From an uncultured Gammaproteobacteria bacterium (lineage in GTDB: Bacteria; Patescibacteriota; Microgenomatia; UBA10105; UBA927), in assembly GCA_964445435.1 (NCBI GenBank), contig CAYUKU010000006.1:1112-65111 (forward strand): a stretch of 64,000 nucleotides of DNA. Reading direction: 5' to 3'. Shown here in pieces: positions 9,498 to 18,933 of the stretch; position 1 is the first letter of the stretch, and the number at the start of each line of letters is the position of its first letter. The notes below the pieces were generated by a model. The model was not told where the DNA came from. It searched no databases and saw only the letters and a list, made by a program, of their open reading frames with translations. Made by a program: the position numbers and the translations under genes.

Positions 9498-10403
9498 TTA
9501 ATGAGTCTTATAAAATTCAATAGTCTTGACCAGGCCGTTTTTTATGCTCGTCTCCGGCTTCCACCCGAGAATAGTTGCCGCTTTCTGATTGTCCAGAAGC
9601 CATTCATCCGATTCTCCGATTCTATCGGGAATAGCCCCAAGGCGCAACACGGATGAACTTCCTATCAGCTGGACAATCCTATCTGCGAGCTCCTGTAGCG
9701 TAATTGGCTCTCCGCCGCCGATATTGATAATCTCATATCCGACGGGTTTTTCCCGGGACATTGCCCGCGCAATAGCATCAACGACATCTCCAACGAACAC
9801 ATAGTCCCGTTTTTTTGTGCCAGAAGTAAGGGGGATTTCCTCGTTCCTGAGGGCTTTTTTTATAATCTGACTGATCAGGCGATGATCGGGAAGGTAAGGC
9901 CCGTACATCGTGCCAATTCGAAACACGTAGCAACCTGCATATGCACTATCTTTATAGAGCCGTAACAAGTGTTCGCACGTTCGCTTAGTCGCTGCATAAG
10001 GAGAGGGCGGATACGTGATTGCATTTTCCCGGTATGGAATGACTCCCTGCCCGTATACTTCCTCCGTGCTTGCGAAGATAAATTTCTTAGCAGGTCTATC
10101 TTTGAGGGCCAGTAAAAGGTGTGTCGTTCCTATGATATTTACCTCTGCCGTTTTTCTGGCGACTTCGAAATTGCGGGAAAGATCGACCAACGCGCCGACA
10201 TGACAAACGATATCCGGCGCAAATGAGGTAACCTCCTTATAAACCGCCTTTTCGTCGGTAAGATCAAGAGATCGAATACCCAAATTGTCATCTTCGTGTC
10301 CTGCCGTAGCCAGAATTTCGTACTCACCGCCTCCCCGAAGGTGCGAGAGCAGATTTTTCCCCAAAAAACCAGTTGCGCCCGTCATGAAAACTTTTTGTTT
10401 CAT
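9498..10403 (-). CDS. NAD-dependent nucleotide-sugar epimerase/reductase (extended SDR)
   Basis: TGATGFLG, STEEVYG, YAATK, RDYVFVGD; start 10403 overlaps the upstream stop (ATGA). Confidence 0.85.
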   Translation of the reverse strand: MKQKVFMTGATGFLGKNLLSHLRGGGEYEILATAGHEDDNLGIRSLDLTDEKAVYKEVTSFAPDIVCHVGALVDLSRNFEVARKTAEVNIIGTTHLLLALKDRPAKKFIFASTEEVYGQGVIPYRENAITYPPSPYAATKRTCEHLLRLYKDSAYAGCYVFRIGTMYGPYLPDHRLISQIIKKALRNEEIPLTSGTKKRDYVFVGDVVDAIARAMSREKPVGYEIINIGGGEPITLQELADRIVQLIGSSSVLRLGAIPDRIGESDEWLLDNQKAATILGWKPETSIKNGLVKTIEFYKTH

Positions 10404-11413
10404 ATCATCTTGCTCCATCGCCGCAATGACGCCGTGCCGTATGCCAATAGATACACCCAACACACCACCGGGTGTAAAAACCACGCCGGATCTTGAAGAT
10501 AAACAAAACCCCTTACCCCGTCCAGAAATGGTTTGATAAAAGTCACCGTATATATAATGTAAAGAAGAAGCTTCAAACGATGATGTGAATTGGTTGGATC
10601 ATAAATAAAATACCGCCTCTTCGTATTGTTCTTCAGGTAATAACTCGAAAGGAACGCAATGCGCTTTTTCATGAGAAACGAAAGGCTTATCGCAGTATCA
10701 TGCAACACATCGGTATCAACGATAGCAAATCGGTTATATCCGCTTTTAATGAGGTCAGCAAATACATCAATGTGAAGGAAATGCGTCGGGTCACTCTGGG
10801 CATATTTCAGAAGAAGATCTTTCCTGTAGACGACACCGTTACAGCCCACGGTCGGAAGGGTTTGGGACGTAAATTCAACGGTGGTGTATGAAGCAGTTTT
10901 TTTTATGACGGTTCCGCCCTTCCATTCCCGGACGTACTGCGGAACCCGATCAGGTATGCCGACATAAAACACAATCGGATCGATTGCGCCAAACAACGCA
11001 TTATACCGGTTAAACAGTGCGTCGGATTTTTGGTAATGGTAATGGAGCGTTCCGGCGTGAACGACCCGAGGGTCGTCGATAAACGGCTGGACCATTTTTG
11101 TAAGCCACTTCCTGTCTAGCACATAATTATCAGCGTCAAGTGAAACAACAAGGTTATGTTTCGCGAGGGCAACTCCCACCCCTCGCTGTGCTTCTGCATT
11201 CTTTGGGATAGGGCTTCTGATACTTCTGAATCCGTATTTCTTCAGGATATGCACGGTTGAATCAGTTGACCCTCCGTCAACATTCAGATATTCAATTTTC
11301 TCTTTAGGATACTCTTGAGCGGCAACGCAGGCCAGGCATCTTTCAAGCGAACGCTCGTTATTGAGCGTCACGATAAGAATGGTTATGTTTGGGAGTCCTT
11401 TGCCTTCGGACAT
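10400..11413 (-). CDS. GT2 family glycosyltransferase
   Basis: LIVTLNNE, VDGGSTD, SLDADN; start uncertain (11413 chosen). Confidence 0.85.
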   Translation of the reverse strand: MSEGKGLPNITILIVTLNNERSLERCLACVAAQEYPKEKIEYLNVDGGSTDSTVHILKKYGFRSIRSPIPKNAEAQRGVGVALAKHNLVVSLDADNYVLDRKWLTKMVQPFIDDPRVVHAGTLHYHYQKSDALFNRYNALFGAIDPIVFYVGIPDRVPQYVREWKGGTVIKKTASYTTVEFTSQTLPTVGCNGVVYRKDLLLKYAQSDPTHFLHIDVFADLIKSGYNRFAIVDTDVLHDTAISLSFLMKKRIAFLSSYYLKNNTKRRYFIYDPTNSHHRLKLLLYIIYTVTFIKPFLDGVRGFVYLQDPAWFLHPVVCWVYLLAYGTASLRRWSKMI

Positions 11414-12966
11414 ACAACTGGCTCCCCCATTTGGGGAGGTATGTCTTGTATTATATGCTTTTGGCTGTCCCACGAAAATGCGAAAATATTTTCCTCTTTC
11501 AGACCGTATTGACAGGCGATGTTAATAGCGCTTCTATACGAACGGACATACCCAAATCCCACACCTTTGGTTGTTTCACGATATCCTTCATCATAAATCG
11601 GAAACAAAAATCCGGTCCGAAGAAGTTCACTATAATTCCACTCCTGGTGAAACTTCACCATGAGAATCTGACCAACGCCTGATTGAAACGGCATGTCGTC
11701 ACCGAGGTGAACAAAAAGAACCCTGGACGGCAAACGATTAGAATACGATGCCATTTGATTGAGAATATCTTTTCGAATCTGACTTACCGCCTTAAGCGAC
11801 AATAGGTCCTGCCTGATCATAAAAACGTTTAATCCGACATACAATGTAGCAATCGCGGCAACGATGAATTTGTCGGATCTTTCCTTTGCTTTATCCCACT
11901 TCTGAACGATAAGCCAAGCCAAGAGCCCTGACGCTCCTGCCATGATGAAGTAAAAATGCCTCGACTCGAGAAACACCTGTTTCGGCAAGGCGATAAATGG
12001 GATTACTCCAAGAATCGTAAATAATCCAAGCCTCGCTGCCACCGTTCGCCAGGCGACGTCCGTTTTCCTTTTCCAGGCTATGAAAAGTCCCGTGGAAGCA
12101 ATGATAAGGTACACGAGATTCCGGAACGCGTCTTCGACGAAATAAAACAATCCCTTCTCGCCGATGCCGGCGAAACCAAACAGAAATTTCCCAATAGACG
12201 TAAGCCTGTCCGGAGAAATGATAATCTGCGGCAATCCGACAAAGATGAGCCTCGCAAGATATGATGCGTTTGAAACAAAAACGTCGAGGAAACCTTCGAA
12301 ATGAGTGGAGGTTGCCAAAGCTGAAGTGCCGGGAATCAGTCGAAACAATAGATATCCGCCGGCGGCAACGAATACTGCCAAACGCAAACGGGGCGCCAAC
12401 AAGGCATAGTACGCAAACAAAAAAAGAAGGTGTTCTCGAAACATTAACCCCACGACAAGAAAAACAAGTGACCACACCAGTAGCACGGGGCGACCTGACT
12501 TCAGATATTCAGTGAAGCGAAGCATACTTAACAGCCCGAACGTGGCGGACGGAAGAAAACTCATCGACGCTGCATACCAGTGAACCGCCTGGGCAGATGT
12601 ATGGGCGGTCAAGAAAAGCGCCATGGCTAGCCACGAAACACGAATGTCAGAAAGCATAGATCTTATCAGGGCGAAAACAAGAAACCCGTTCAGGGCATGA
12701 AGAAGAAGACTCACTATCGCGTAATAGTGGGATGTAAGACCAAAAAAAAGATAATGCAATGCCATAAAAAGTGTTGTTGCAGGAGTAAAATGCCACCCGG
12801 AAAGCCGAAAAAGTGTTGATAATCCGAGTTTGCCCGCTGCTATCACGCGTCCGAACCCGCTCCACTCATCCTGTTGGAAAAAAACTGACCACAGGTCCCA
12901 AAAAGTACCAAGACTTACAAGAAGTGAAATAACAAATACGTTGAGATATCTCTGTTTTAGATTCAT
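11383..12966 (-). CDS. GT-C type membrane glycosyltransferase
   Basis: FFQQDEW, LESRHFY, PFQSGVG; start 12966 (MNLKQRY) in an ATGA overlap. Confidence 0.7.
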   Translation of the reverse strand: MNLKQRYLNVFVISLLVSLGTFWDLWSVFFQQDEWSGFGRVIAAGKLGLSTLFRLSGWHFTPATTLFMALHYLFFGLTSHYYAIVSLLLHALNGFLVFALIRSMLSDIRVSWLAMALFLTAHTSAQAVHWYAASMSFLPSATFGLLSMLRFTEYLKSGRPVLLVWSLVFLVVGLMFREHLLFLFAYYALLAPRLRLAVFVAAGGYLLFRLIPGTSALATSTHFEGFLDVFVSNASYLARLIFVGLPQIIISPDRLTSIGKFLFGFAGIGEKGLFYFVEDAFRNLVYLIIASTGLFIAWKRKTDVAWRTVAARLGLFTILGVIPFIALPKQVFLESRHFYFIMAGASGLLAWLIVQKWDKAKERSDKFIVAAIATLYVGLNVFMIRQDLLSLKAVSQIRKDILNQMASYSNRLPSRVLFVHLGDDMPFQSGVGQILMVKFHQEWNYSELLRTGFLFPIYDEGYRETTKGVGFGYVRSYRSAINIACQYGLKEENIFAFSWDSQKHIIQDIPPQMGEPVVCPKAKDSQT

Positions 12967-13298
12967 TTCGTATTTCTGTTCTCTGCAATCGTTCGGATAA
13001 CACCCATACCCATACAAATATACGACACGACTGCCAGTTGCTGCGCACTGGCAGGCTTTCCGGCTAAAAGGACAATAAGTGAGATGAAAAGTGTTACGAA
13101 AGAAGCGGTAAACTGAATTCGTGCCCTTAGCGCAAAGAGTACTGACGCGCTTATCCACAGGGAAAGAAACGCGTTTGTCGGATTTATGATGAGATTGAAA
13201 TACGGAAGTTTCCAAAGCACTAATAGCATAATACCCATGACAGTGAGAAGAATAATCCTTGAGGTTACAGTATGCTGTGCTTTGAAAAATCTATGCAT
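12963..13298 (-). CDS. small membrane protein of unknown function (about 111 aa, 3-4 TM)
   Basis: Fills the gap between two genes exactly, overlapping both; hydrophobic. Confidence 0.7.
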   Translation of the reverse strand: MHRFFKAQHTVTSRIILLTVMGIMLLVLWKLPYFNLIINPTNAFLSLWISASVLFALRARIQFTASFVTLFISLIVLLAGKPASAQQLAVVSYICMGMGVIRTIAENRNTK

Positions 13299-16266
13299 GA
13301 CGTCTGATAAAAAGATACCTGCCCAAAGCAAGCCAGCTGACTACTGAAATCACGAAGCCCACCCACACAAGCTGCTGTGGCCGATACGAAATTTCTATAT
13401 CATAATCGCCGGGTGCGTCTATATACCATCCGTTTGCATATCCGTTTACTTGAACGTGGTCGTGTTTTGGGAGTTCTTTCATTTTCGTGCCATCGGCGGA
13501 CAATATGTATGCCGTCCATCCAGGGTCAAACGTTTGATTAAATATCAGTATATAGGGATCAGACGCTTGACGAACACTCACTCTGAACTTCGTCATGGAA
13601 TCCGCCTCAAACTGTACCGTTGGAGGTGACAGCCGAGGAGACGGTTCACTACGAAACGCGTACACTCCCTGGCTTTCGGAGGTGCGGACTCTATGAAGCC
13701 CTGCGGAGAGCTCAACGCTCGTTTCCGAAAGCCGCTTTCCGTCCAAAACAGGGGAAGTACGACGACCATTTTGACCACGTACGATAAGATCGTACGTGCC
13801 GGCTGACGGAATTTCTAAAATATACTCCTGTGAATCTGGATTTATTTCTAGGGCGTACTCTTGTAGCAGTCGTCTCTTCTGACTTTCAAATAGTTCTTCA
13901 ATAGGACGAAAATCGGAACCGGTCATGTCAGTTTTCTTAAGTGATTTGACCGCCTGCCTGAATCCGTCAAGAAGAAAGATGAGTTCTGATTGCATCACCG
14001 CCCTTTGGGTCGGGGTAAGTTTACCCAACTCCCTGTTGGAATCTGAAAAAAGAAGACCTATGTCGCGTGATATTTCCTTTGCTACCGATTGAATTTTCAA
14101 GTTTGATGTCCGTACATATTCATGGATCTCACTCATTCTCATTTGAACAAGTGCATACTGATAACGGATCAGATCCTGTGGGGAGCGGGACTTTTTTCTC
14201 ATAGTTTGACCCTCGGCGAATTGCTTCATCCAGTAGAGCCTACTGTGCGGAAGCACATAGACAGGCACGAAGCCGAATTTACCTTCCAGACGCTTCCTTT
14301 CGTGCGGATCACACAAGAGACATGTTGCCGAGACAATTCCCCCCTGAATGTACGGCTTCTCAACATTAATGAGTGCGGGTGATCTATCAAATAAATCTGC
14401 GCCAGCTGTGTCCGTGGCAGTAAGGAAATCCGCATAACCTGTATTGGAAGTAACATAGATACCTGTCGAAGTAAACAAACTTACGGGTTTCTCGGATTGA
14501 ACCGTATAAAGCCGCCACTTTTCAAACGAAGCTATTTGCCGTATCCCCGGCAACGCCTTCAAATCTGCTTCCTGTGACTCAAGATTCTCCCCTGTTGTTT
14601 TTTTGTCCGAATAAAGGGCATCGGACCGCCAAAGAATCGTCCGAATCCCGGAGACCTTTAGAAGTATTTTAAAGTCGTCAAATCTCCTGTCTGAAAGAGC
14701 CCGGTACAGTGCGTCAACAATCGCAGGAGGATTGTTGGCGTCCGATACGATCGGCCTATGCATGACCATACGCGGTAGCGGATCAGGACTCCAATACCCC
14801 CACGTGTATCCGTCCATTTTACTCTCATCAAATCTCGGCAGAAGCAATATTTTGTCATTGAAATCAGTCGTGCGATGGACGTAGTTCGCAGTTTCCACCA
14901 CATAACTCGGGAGTTTCACCTTGTTGGTAAACGGCAGATTGTAATCGAAAAAATTTCCCTGGATAAACGGCGCATGGTACGCGAGAATTCCGAGTATCGA
15001 TCCGGCGACCAAAAGTGGTTTCAGCAATTGTTTTCTGAAATGTCTCGCCGTCATCTCCGCGAGCCGCGAAAACGTGAAACCGGCTAACACGCTTGTAGCC
15101 AACAGCGGGAGAATTCCGAATTTATAGAACGCGGTTCTAAAAATACCGAACCCGGGAATGAATTCAACCATAAGCGAAAAAAGAAATCCCGTTGGCGCAT
15201 GAGAGCCGGCTGTGAAAAACATACCCACAAAAAGAAGGGCGAGAAATAAACCGACAAAACGCTTCTCATGGGAGTTTTTGGATAAAAAGTAAGCCCCGAT
15301 AGACGCCAGAGGCCACACGAAGCTGGCAATGATAAGAAAGGGACTGTTTATATACTTGAGCATGAACGGGAATTGTGTGTCACGATCCCACGCGGGAAGT
15401 CCCTGCATACGGAAAATGTTGAGTATGCTCGCATTTTTGCTGACTGCGTCGACAATCCCAAGGATACTTTCTGTTCCGCCCTGCAAATTCAATTGAGTAG
15501 CGTATGATGTCGCCGCATAGTAGATGTACGGTATGAGCCAAAATGAAGAAAAAAGAGAAAATAACAAGATAAATGCTGTGGTAATTTTCAAAAACAAGAA
15601 AAAGGTTTTTGTTCTTCGCGCAGAAATTCCCAGCACGTACGCTGCGGTCACCACCCATCCAACCATTAGGGGCCCGTACAAGGGCGGAGATCCTCCGCCG
15701 TTAAACAACGCCGCCGTCATGGAGATAAGAATAAGTTTTTTCCAGTTTACGGCACCCTCAAAGAGCGTTTTGTATAGAAAGAAGATAAGAAGCGGCAGAA
15801 GAAACTGCACTGAGAATTTCGTCCTCCATATCACGCTCCATGCATGGAGATTAAGAAAATTAATTGCGTACAGTACGGACGAAATAACGACGGTGCCATA
15901 GGAAATTTTCCAACTCTTAATGTTTCCTATGTACAACCATGCCACAAGGATAGAGACGAGATTGATCGTGTGCCAAAAAATAAAAACTACGCGTTGCGTT
16001 ATCTGGATGTCGCGAGTCAGAATCCAAGCCAACACTTCTGGAATATGAATAGTAAGAACTGCCGGATTTGATAAAACACTCGAGCCGAAATTCAAAACAG
16101 GTGCCCATGTGGAAAAAAGTGACTTCCAAAATTCCGTAATCGGCAGCCGATAGCCACTGTCATGTCCCAAGATAAGTGTATCTCCAGGTAACCAGACTTG
16201 CACAATAAATGCGGACAGAAACGCAGCAAAGAGGAAATAAATTATGCTGCGTCTTGTTCTTTTCAT
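13291..16266 (-). CDS. large GT-C protein, AftD/DUF3367-like N-terminus and YfhO-like C-terminal domain
   Basis: LGHDSG, multi-TM N-half, GIFRTAFYKF, large soluble region, FDPGW and HVQVNGYANGWY, terminal TM. Confidence 0.7.
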   Translation of the reverse strand: MKRTRRSIIYFLFAAFLSAFIVQVWLPGDTLILGHDSGYRLPITEFWKSLFSTWAPVLNFGSSVLSNPAVLTIHIPEVLAWILTRDIQITQRVVFIFWHTINLVSILVAWLYIGNIKSWKISYGTVVISSVLYAINFLNLHAWSVIWRTKFSVQFLLPLLIFFLYKTLFEGAVNWKKLILISMTAALFNGGGSPPLYGPLMVGWVVTAAYVLGISARRTKTFFLFLKITTAFILLFSLFSSFWLIPYIYYAATSYATQLNLQGGTESILGIVDAVSKNASILNIFRMQGLPAWDRDTQFPFMLKYINSPFLIIASFVWPLASIGAYFLSKNSHEKRFVGLFLALLFVGMFFTAGSHAPTGFLFSLMVEFIPGFGIFRTAFYKFGILPLLATSVLAGFTFSRLAEMTARHFRKQLLKPLLVAGSILGILAYHAPFIQGNFFDYNLPFTNKVKLPSYVVETANYVHRTTDFNDKILLLPRFDESKMDGYTWGYWSPDPLPRMVMHRPIVSDANNPPAIVDALYRALSDRRFDDFKILLKVSGIRTILWRSDALYSDKKTTGENLESQEADLKALPGIRQIASFEKWRLYTVQSEKPVSLFTSTGIYVTSNTGYADFLTATDTAGADLFDRSPALINVEKPYIQGGIVSATCLLCDPHERKRLEGKFGFVPVYVLPHSRLYWMKQFAEGQTMRKKSRSPQDLIRYQYALVQMRMSEIHEYVRTSNLKIQSVAKEISRDIGLLFSDSNRELGKLTPTQRAVMQSELIFLLDGFRQAVKSLKKTDMTGSDFRPIEELFESQKRRLLQEYALEINPDSQEYILEIPSAGTYDLIVRGQNGRRTSPVLDGKRLSETSVELSAGLHRVRTSESQGVYAFRSEPSPRLSPPTVQFEADSMTKFRVSVRQASDPYILIFNQTFDPGWTAYILSADGTKMKELPKHDHVQVNGYANGWYIDAPGDYDIEISYRPQQLVWVGFVISVVSWLALGRYLFIRRHA

Positions 16267-16273
16267 ACGTTGC

Positions 16274-16279
16274 ATTATA
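16274..16279 (-). promoter_or_regulatory. -10 box, probable leaderless promoter
   Basis: TATAAT 7 nt before ATG 16266 on the minus strand. Confidence 0.6.
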
Positions 16280-16336
16280 CAAACTTTTCATTTGATGTCG
16301 CAGGGTGTATCATCTAGATCACCGTATACATCAACG

Positions 16337-16879
16337 ATGGCCAACAAATTTCCTTTTTTAAGAAGCCAATACCTTGTCATCAAACCCCTGGAAGCAGGGC
16401 ATCTGGAAAACTTCCGCGCGCTTCGCAATGATCCTCAGACTTCCTACTATCTCACTTCGGTCGTTCCGATAAACCCAGTTAAACAGAAAAAGTGGTTTGA
16501 GGCGGTAAGTGCTGATGATTCGCGGATGTTCTTCGCAATCGAAACGCACGGGAAAGAATTTCTAGGGCTCATCCGGTGCGACGAGTGGGATAAAATAAAC
16601 AGAAGCATACGCATCGGAGTGGATATAGTACCATCGCACAGACGGAGAGGATTCGCCACACAGGCGTACCGAATCCTTCTGGATTTTCTTTTCTTCCAGT
16701 TAAATATTCATCGCGTTTGGCTTCTGGTTGCTTCTTTCAACGATGCGGCCATACCGTTGTATAAAAAGCTCGGATTTCGGAAGGAAGGAAAACAGCGGGA
16801 CGCCATATTCCGAAACGGCACATATCACGACTACATTATGATGAGCATGCTTTCGCATGAATATGAAAAAACCGGATAA
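16337..16879 (+). CDS. GNAT N-acetyltransferase (RimJ/RimL fold, PseH-like), probable sugar N-acetyltransferase
   Basis: HRRRGFA acetyl-CoA loop, NDAAIPLYKKLGFRKEG; overlaps the aminotransferase gene. Confidence 0.8.
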   Translation: MANKFPFLRSQYLVIKPLEAGHLENFRALRNDPQTSYYLTSVVPINPVKQKKWFEAVSADDSRMFFAIETHGKEFLGLIRCDEWDKINRSIRIGVDIVPSHRRRGFATQAYRILLDFLFFQLNIHRVWLLVASFNDAAIPLYKKLGFRKEGKQRDAIFRNGTYHDYIMMSMLSHEYEKTG

Positions 16880-18029
16880 ACTCATCCCGCTTTTTAAGGT
16901 TTTCATGAGTAAGCGGGTTATCCGCCCGCTTGAGAAGACACTGCTATCCGGCTATATCGGGCAGGGGGTGAAAGTTGACGAATTTGAAGAAAAACTAAAA
17001 GCATTTCTGGGGAACCCATACCTTCTCACCGTCAACAGCGGCACATCAGCACTGCATCTTGCTTTAAGACTTGCAGGCGTTAAAAACGGAGACGAAGTCA
17101 TAAGCACTCCGATGACCTGCACCGCCTCCAACTGGCCAATCCTTGCAAACGGCGGCAAAATTGTTTGGGCAGACATCAACCCAAAAACCGGAAACATCGC
17201 GCCTGATAGTATAGAGAGGAAAATAACCCCAAAAACAAAAGCGATCCTCGTCGTGGACTGGGGCGGATATCCGTGCGATATCGCGGCCATAAAAAAAATT
17301 GCGGGCGATATTCCCATTATCGAAGACGCTGCACATGCTTTCGGAACAGTTTATAACGGAACGCTTGTGGGAAATTCTTCTGATTTCACCTGTTTTTCCT
17401 TTCAGGCAATCAAGCATCTTACAACCGGCGACGGCGGACTGCTCGCGGTAAAAAGAAAAAAGGACTACGAGCGCGGCAAACTTCTTCGGTGGTACGGAAT
17501 CGATCGGGAAACGAGAACACAACACGAACGGATCGAAATCGATGTACTCGAGTGGGGATACAAATTCCACATGAATGATATCAATGCAACAATCGGTCTT
17601 GAAAATCTCAAATTCACCCCGTCAATTCTTAAAAAACACCGCGACAACGCATCGTATTATAAGAAAGCCCTTCTGGGACTTACCAATGTTACCCTTCTTC
17701 AGGAACGAAAGGAAGATCTGTCAAGCTACTGGCTGTTTACCATCAGAGTAAAACACGTTCACGCTTTCATAGAGTTTATGAATGACCATAACGTAATGGT
17801 TTCTCAGGTACACCGAAGAAATGACACGCACCCAACGGTCGCCCCGTTTCGCGCCAAGCTTCCGGGAGTCGATGAATTTACATCAGAAATGGTTTGTATT
17901 CCTGTGGGCTGGTGGGTAACTGCTCGGGAACGCCGGTATATTGGCGATTGTATACGAACGTATGACAAAATCGCCGGAACGCTTCCCAATAAGACGTATC
18001 GGTCATCCGACAGCTGCGTTTACTGCTAA
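16863..18029 (+). CDS. DegT/DnrJ/EryC1/StrS PLP-dependent sugar aminotransferase
   Basis: NSGTSALHLA, IEDAAHAFG, SFQAIKHLTTGDGG; start at 16857 or 16863. Confidence 0.92.
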   Translation: MKKPDKLIPLFKVFMSKRVIRPLEKTLLSGYIGQGVKVDEFEEKLKAFLGNPYLLTVNSGTSALHLALRLAGVKNGDEVISTPMTCTASNWPILANGGKIVWADINPKTGNIAPDSIERKITPKTKAILVVDWGGYPCDIAAIKKIAGDIPIIEDAAHAFGTVYNGTLVGNSSDFTCFSFQAIKHLTTGDGGLLAVKRKKDYERGKLLRWYGIDRETRTQHERIEIDVLEWGYKFHMNDINATIGLENLKFTPSILKKHRDNASYYKKALLGLTNVTLLQERKEDLSSYWLFTIRVKHVHAFIEFMNDHNVMVSQVHRRNDTHPTVAPFRAKLPGVDEFTSEMVCIPVGWWVTARERRYIGDCIRTYDKIAGTLPNKTYRSSDSCVYC

Positions 18030-18033
18030 CCCG

Positions 18034-18927
18034 TTAACGATTGGTGTATCTGAAATATGCCCGTAAAAATTTCCACTGTAGTGCCAATGGCAACCTACTC
18101 CTTTTCTTTTTCACTTGTCCTGCTGTAGCGTATCCCACTGCGTATCCTGCAATTGCCCAAAACAAGGCAAGTAGGGTTCTTTTGTACAAGGCAAAGGACG
18201 CGATCCAAACCAGATCCCGCAGCGTTATCAATGGAAATAAACCGCACGAAAAATATTTCGCATTCAGCCATGCCTTGTTGCGAAAAATCGTGTACGACTG
18301 GAAGGGACGAAAATGCAATTCCTGATCGTGGTGAAGCACTCGAACGGCCGGATCAAATAGTATTTGGTGCCCCTTTCCAAGAAGCCGGAGCGCCAAATCA
18401 TCTTCATGAAGCCACAGAAAAAAATCTTCGTCAAATCCGCCGACGGCACGAAATGATTCTTTGCGAAACGCGGTTGCCCCCCCTGGAAAAGTAAATAGGC
18501 TGTGCCCGGAAAGCCAGGGAACCCGCTTCCAGAAGTACGACTTCTGATTCATGTTGTACACGTTGCCCGCAATAGCCGCAACGTTCATCGGTTCTCGTTG
18601 GAATCTTTGTACCAGCATCTTCAATCCGTCTTTTTCTATCTCGCAGTCTTCATCAAGGAAAAAAACATACCTGCCCCTGCTCATATCGATGCCTTTGTTT
18701 AACCCAGATATTCCGGCATTTTTACCCATCGAGACGACTCGAGCTGCAGGGTGGCGGGCACGAAGATAAGAAAGATATGATCGAGAGGAAGAGTTTACGA
18801 TAAGTAAAAGTTCATAAGGGCGATACGAAGAGCGCCTCACTGAACCAACACAAAGATCAAGGGTTGCCGACTTTTTTGGTCCGACCAATACGATAACAGA
18901 AACAATCGGGTGTGGCGTATGTTTCAT
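18034..18927 (-). CDS. GT2 family glycosyltransferase
   Basis: FFLDED, VGGFDEDFFLWLHEDDL. Confidence 0.88.
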   Translation of the reverse strand: MKHTPHPIVSVIVLVGPKKSATLDLCVGSVRRSSYRPYELLLIVNSSSRSYLSYLRARHPAARVVSMGKNAGISGLNKGIDMSRGRYVFFLDEDCEIEKDGLKMLVQRFQREPMNVAAIAGNVYNMNQKSYFWKRVPWLSGHSLFTFPGGATAFRKESFRAVGGFDEDFFLWLHEDDLALRLLGKGHQILFDPAVRVLHHDQELHFRPFQSYTIFRNKAWLNAKYFSCGLFPLITLRDLVWIASFALYKRTLLALFWAIAGYAVGYATAGQVKKKRSRLPLALQWKFLRAYFRYTNR

Positions 18928-18933
18928 GTACTA

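Noticed and set aside
11422-11438. Hairpin CTCCCC-catTt-GGGGAG downstream of a minus-strand TATAAT at 11450-11455
   Set aside because: 6-bp stem inside a CDS with no U-tract; too weak to call a terminator or regulatory RNA
12967-13215. Long N-terminal extensions in the ORF track (also 34861, 40738, 51488, 53162, 60881, 10484, 23451)
   Set aside because: They overlap upstream genes extensively; downstream ATGs give coupled overlaps and match paralog N-termini
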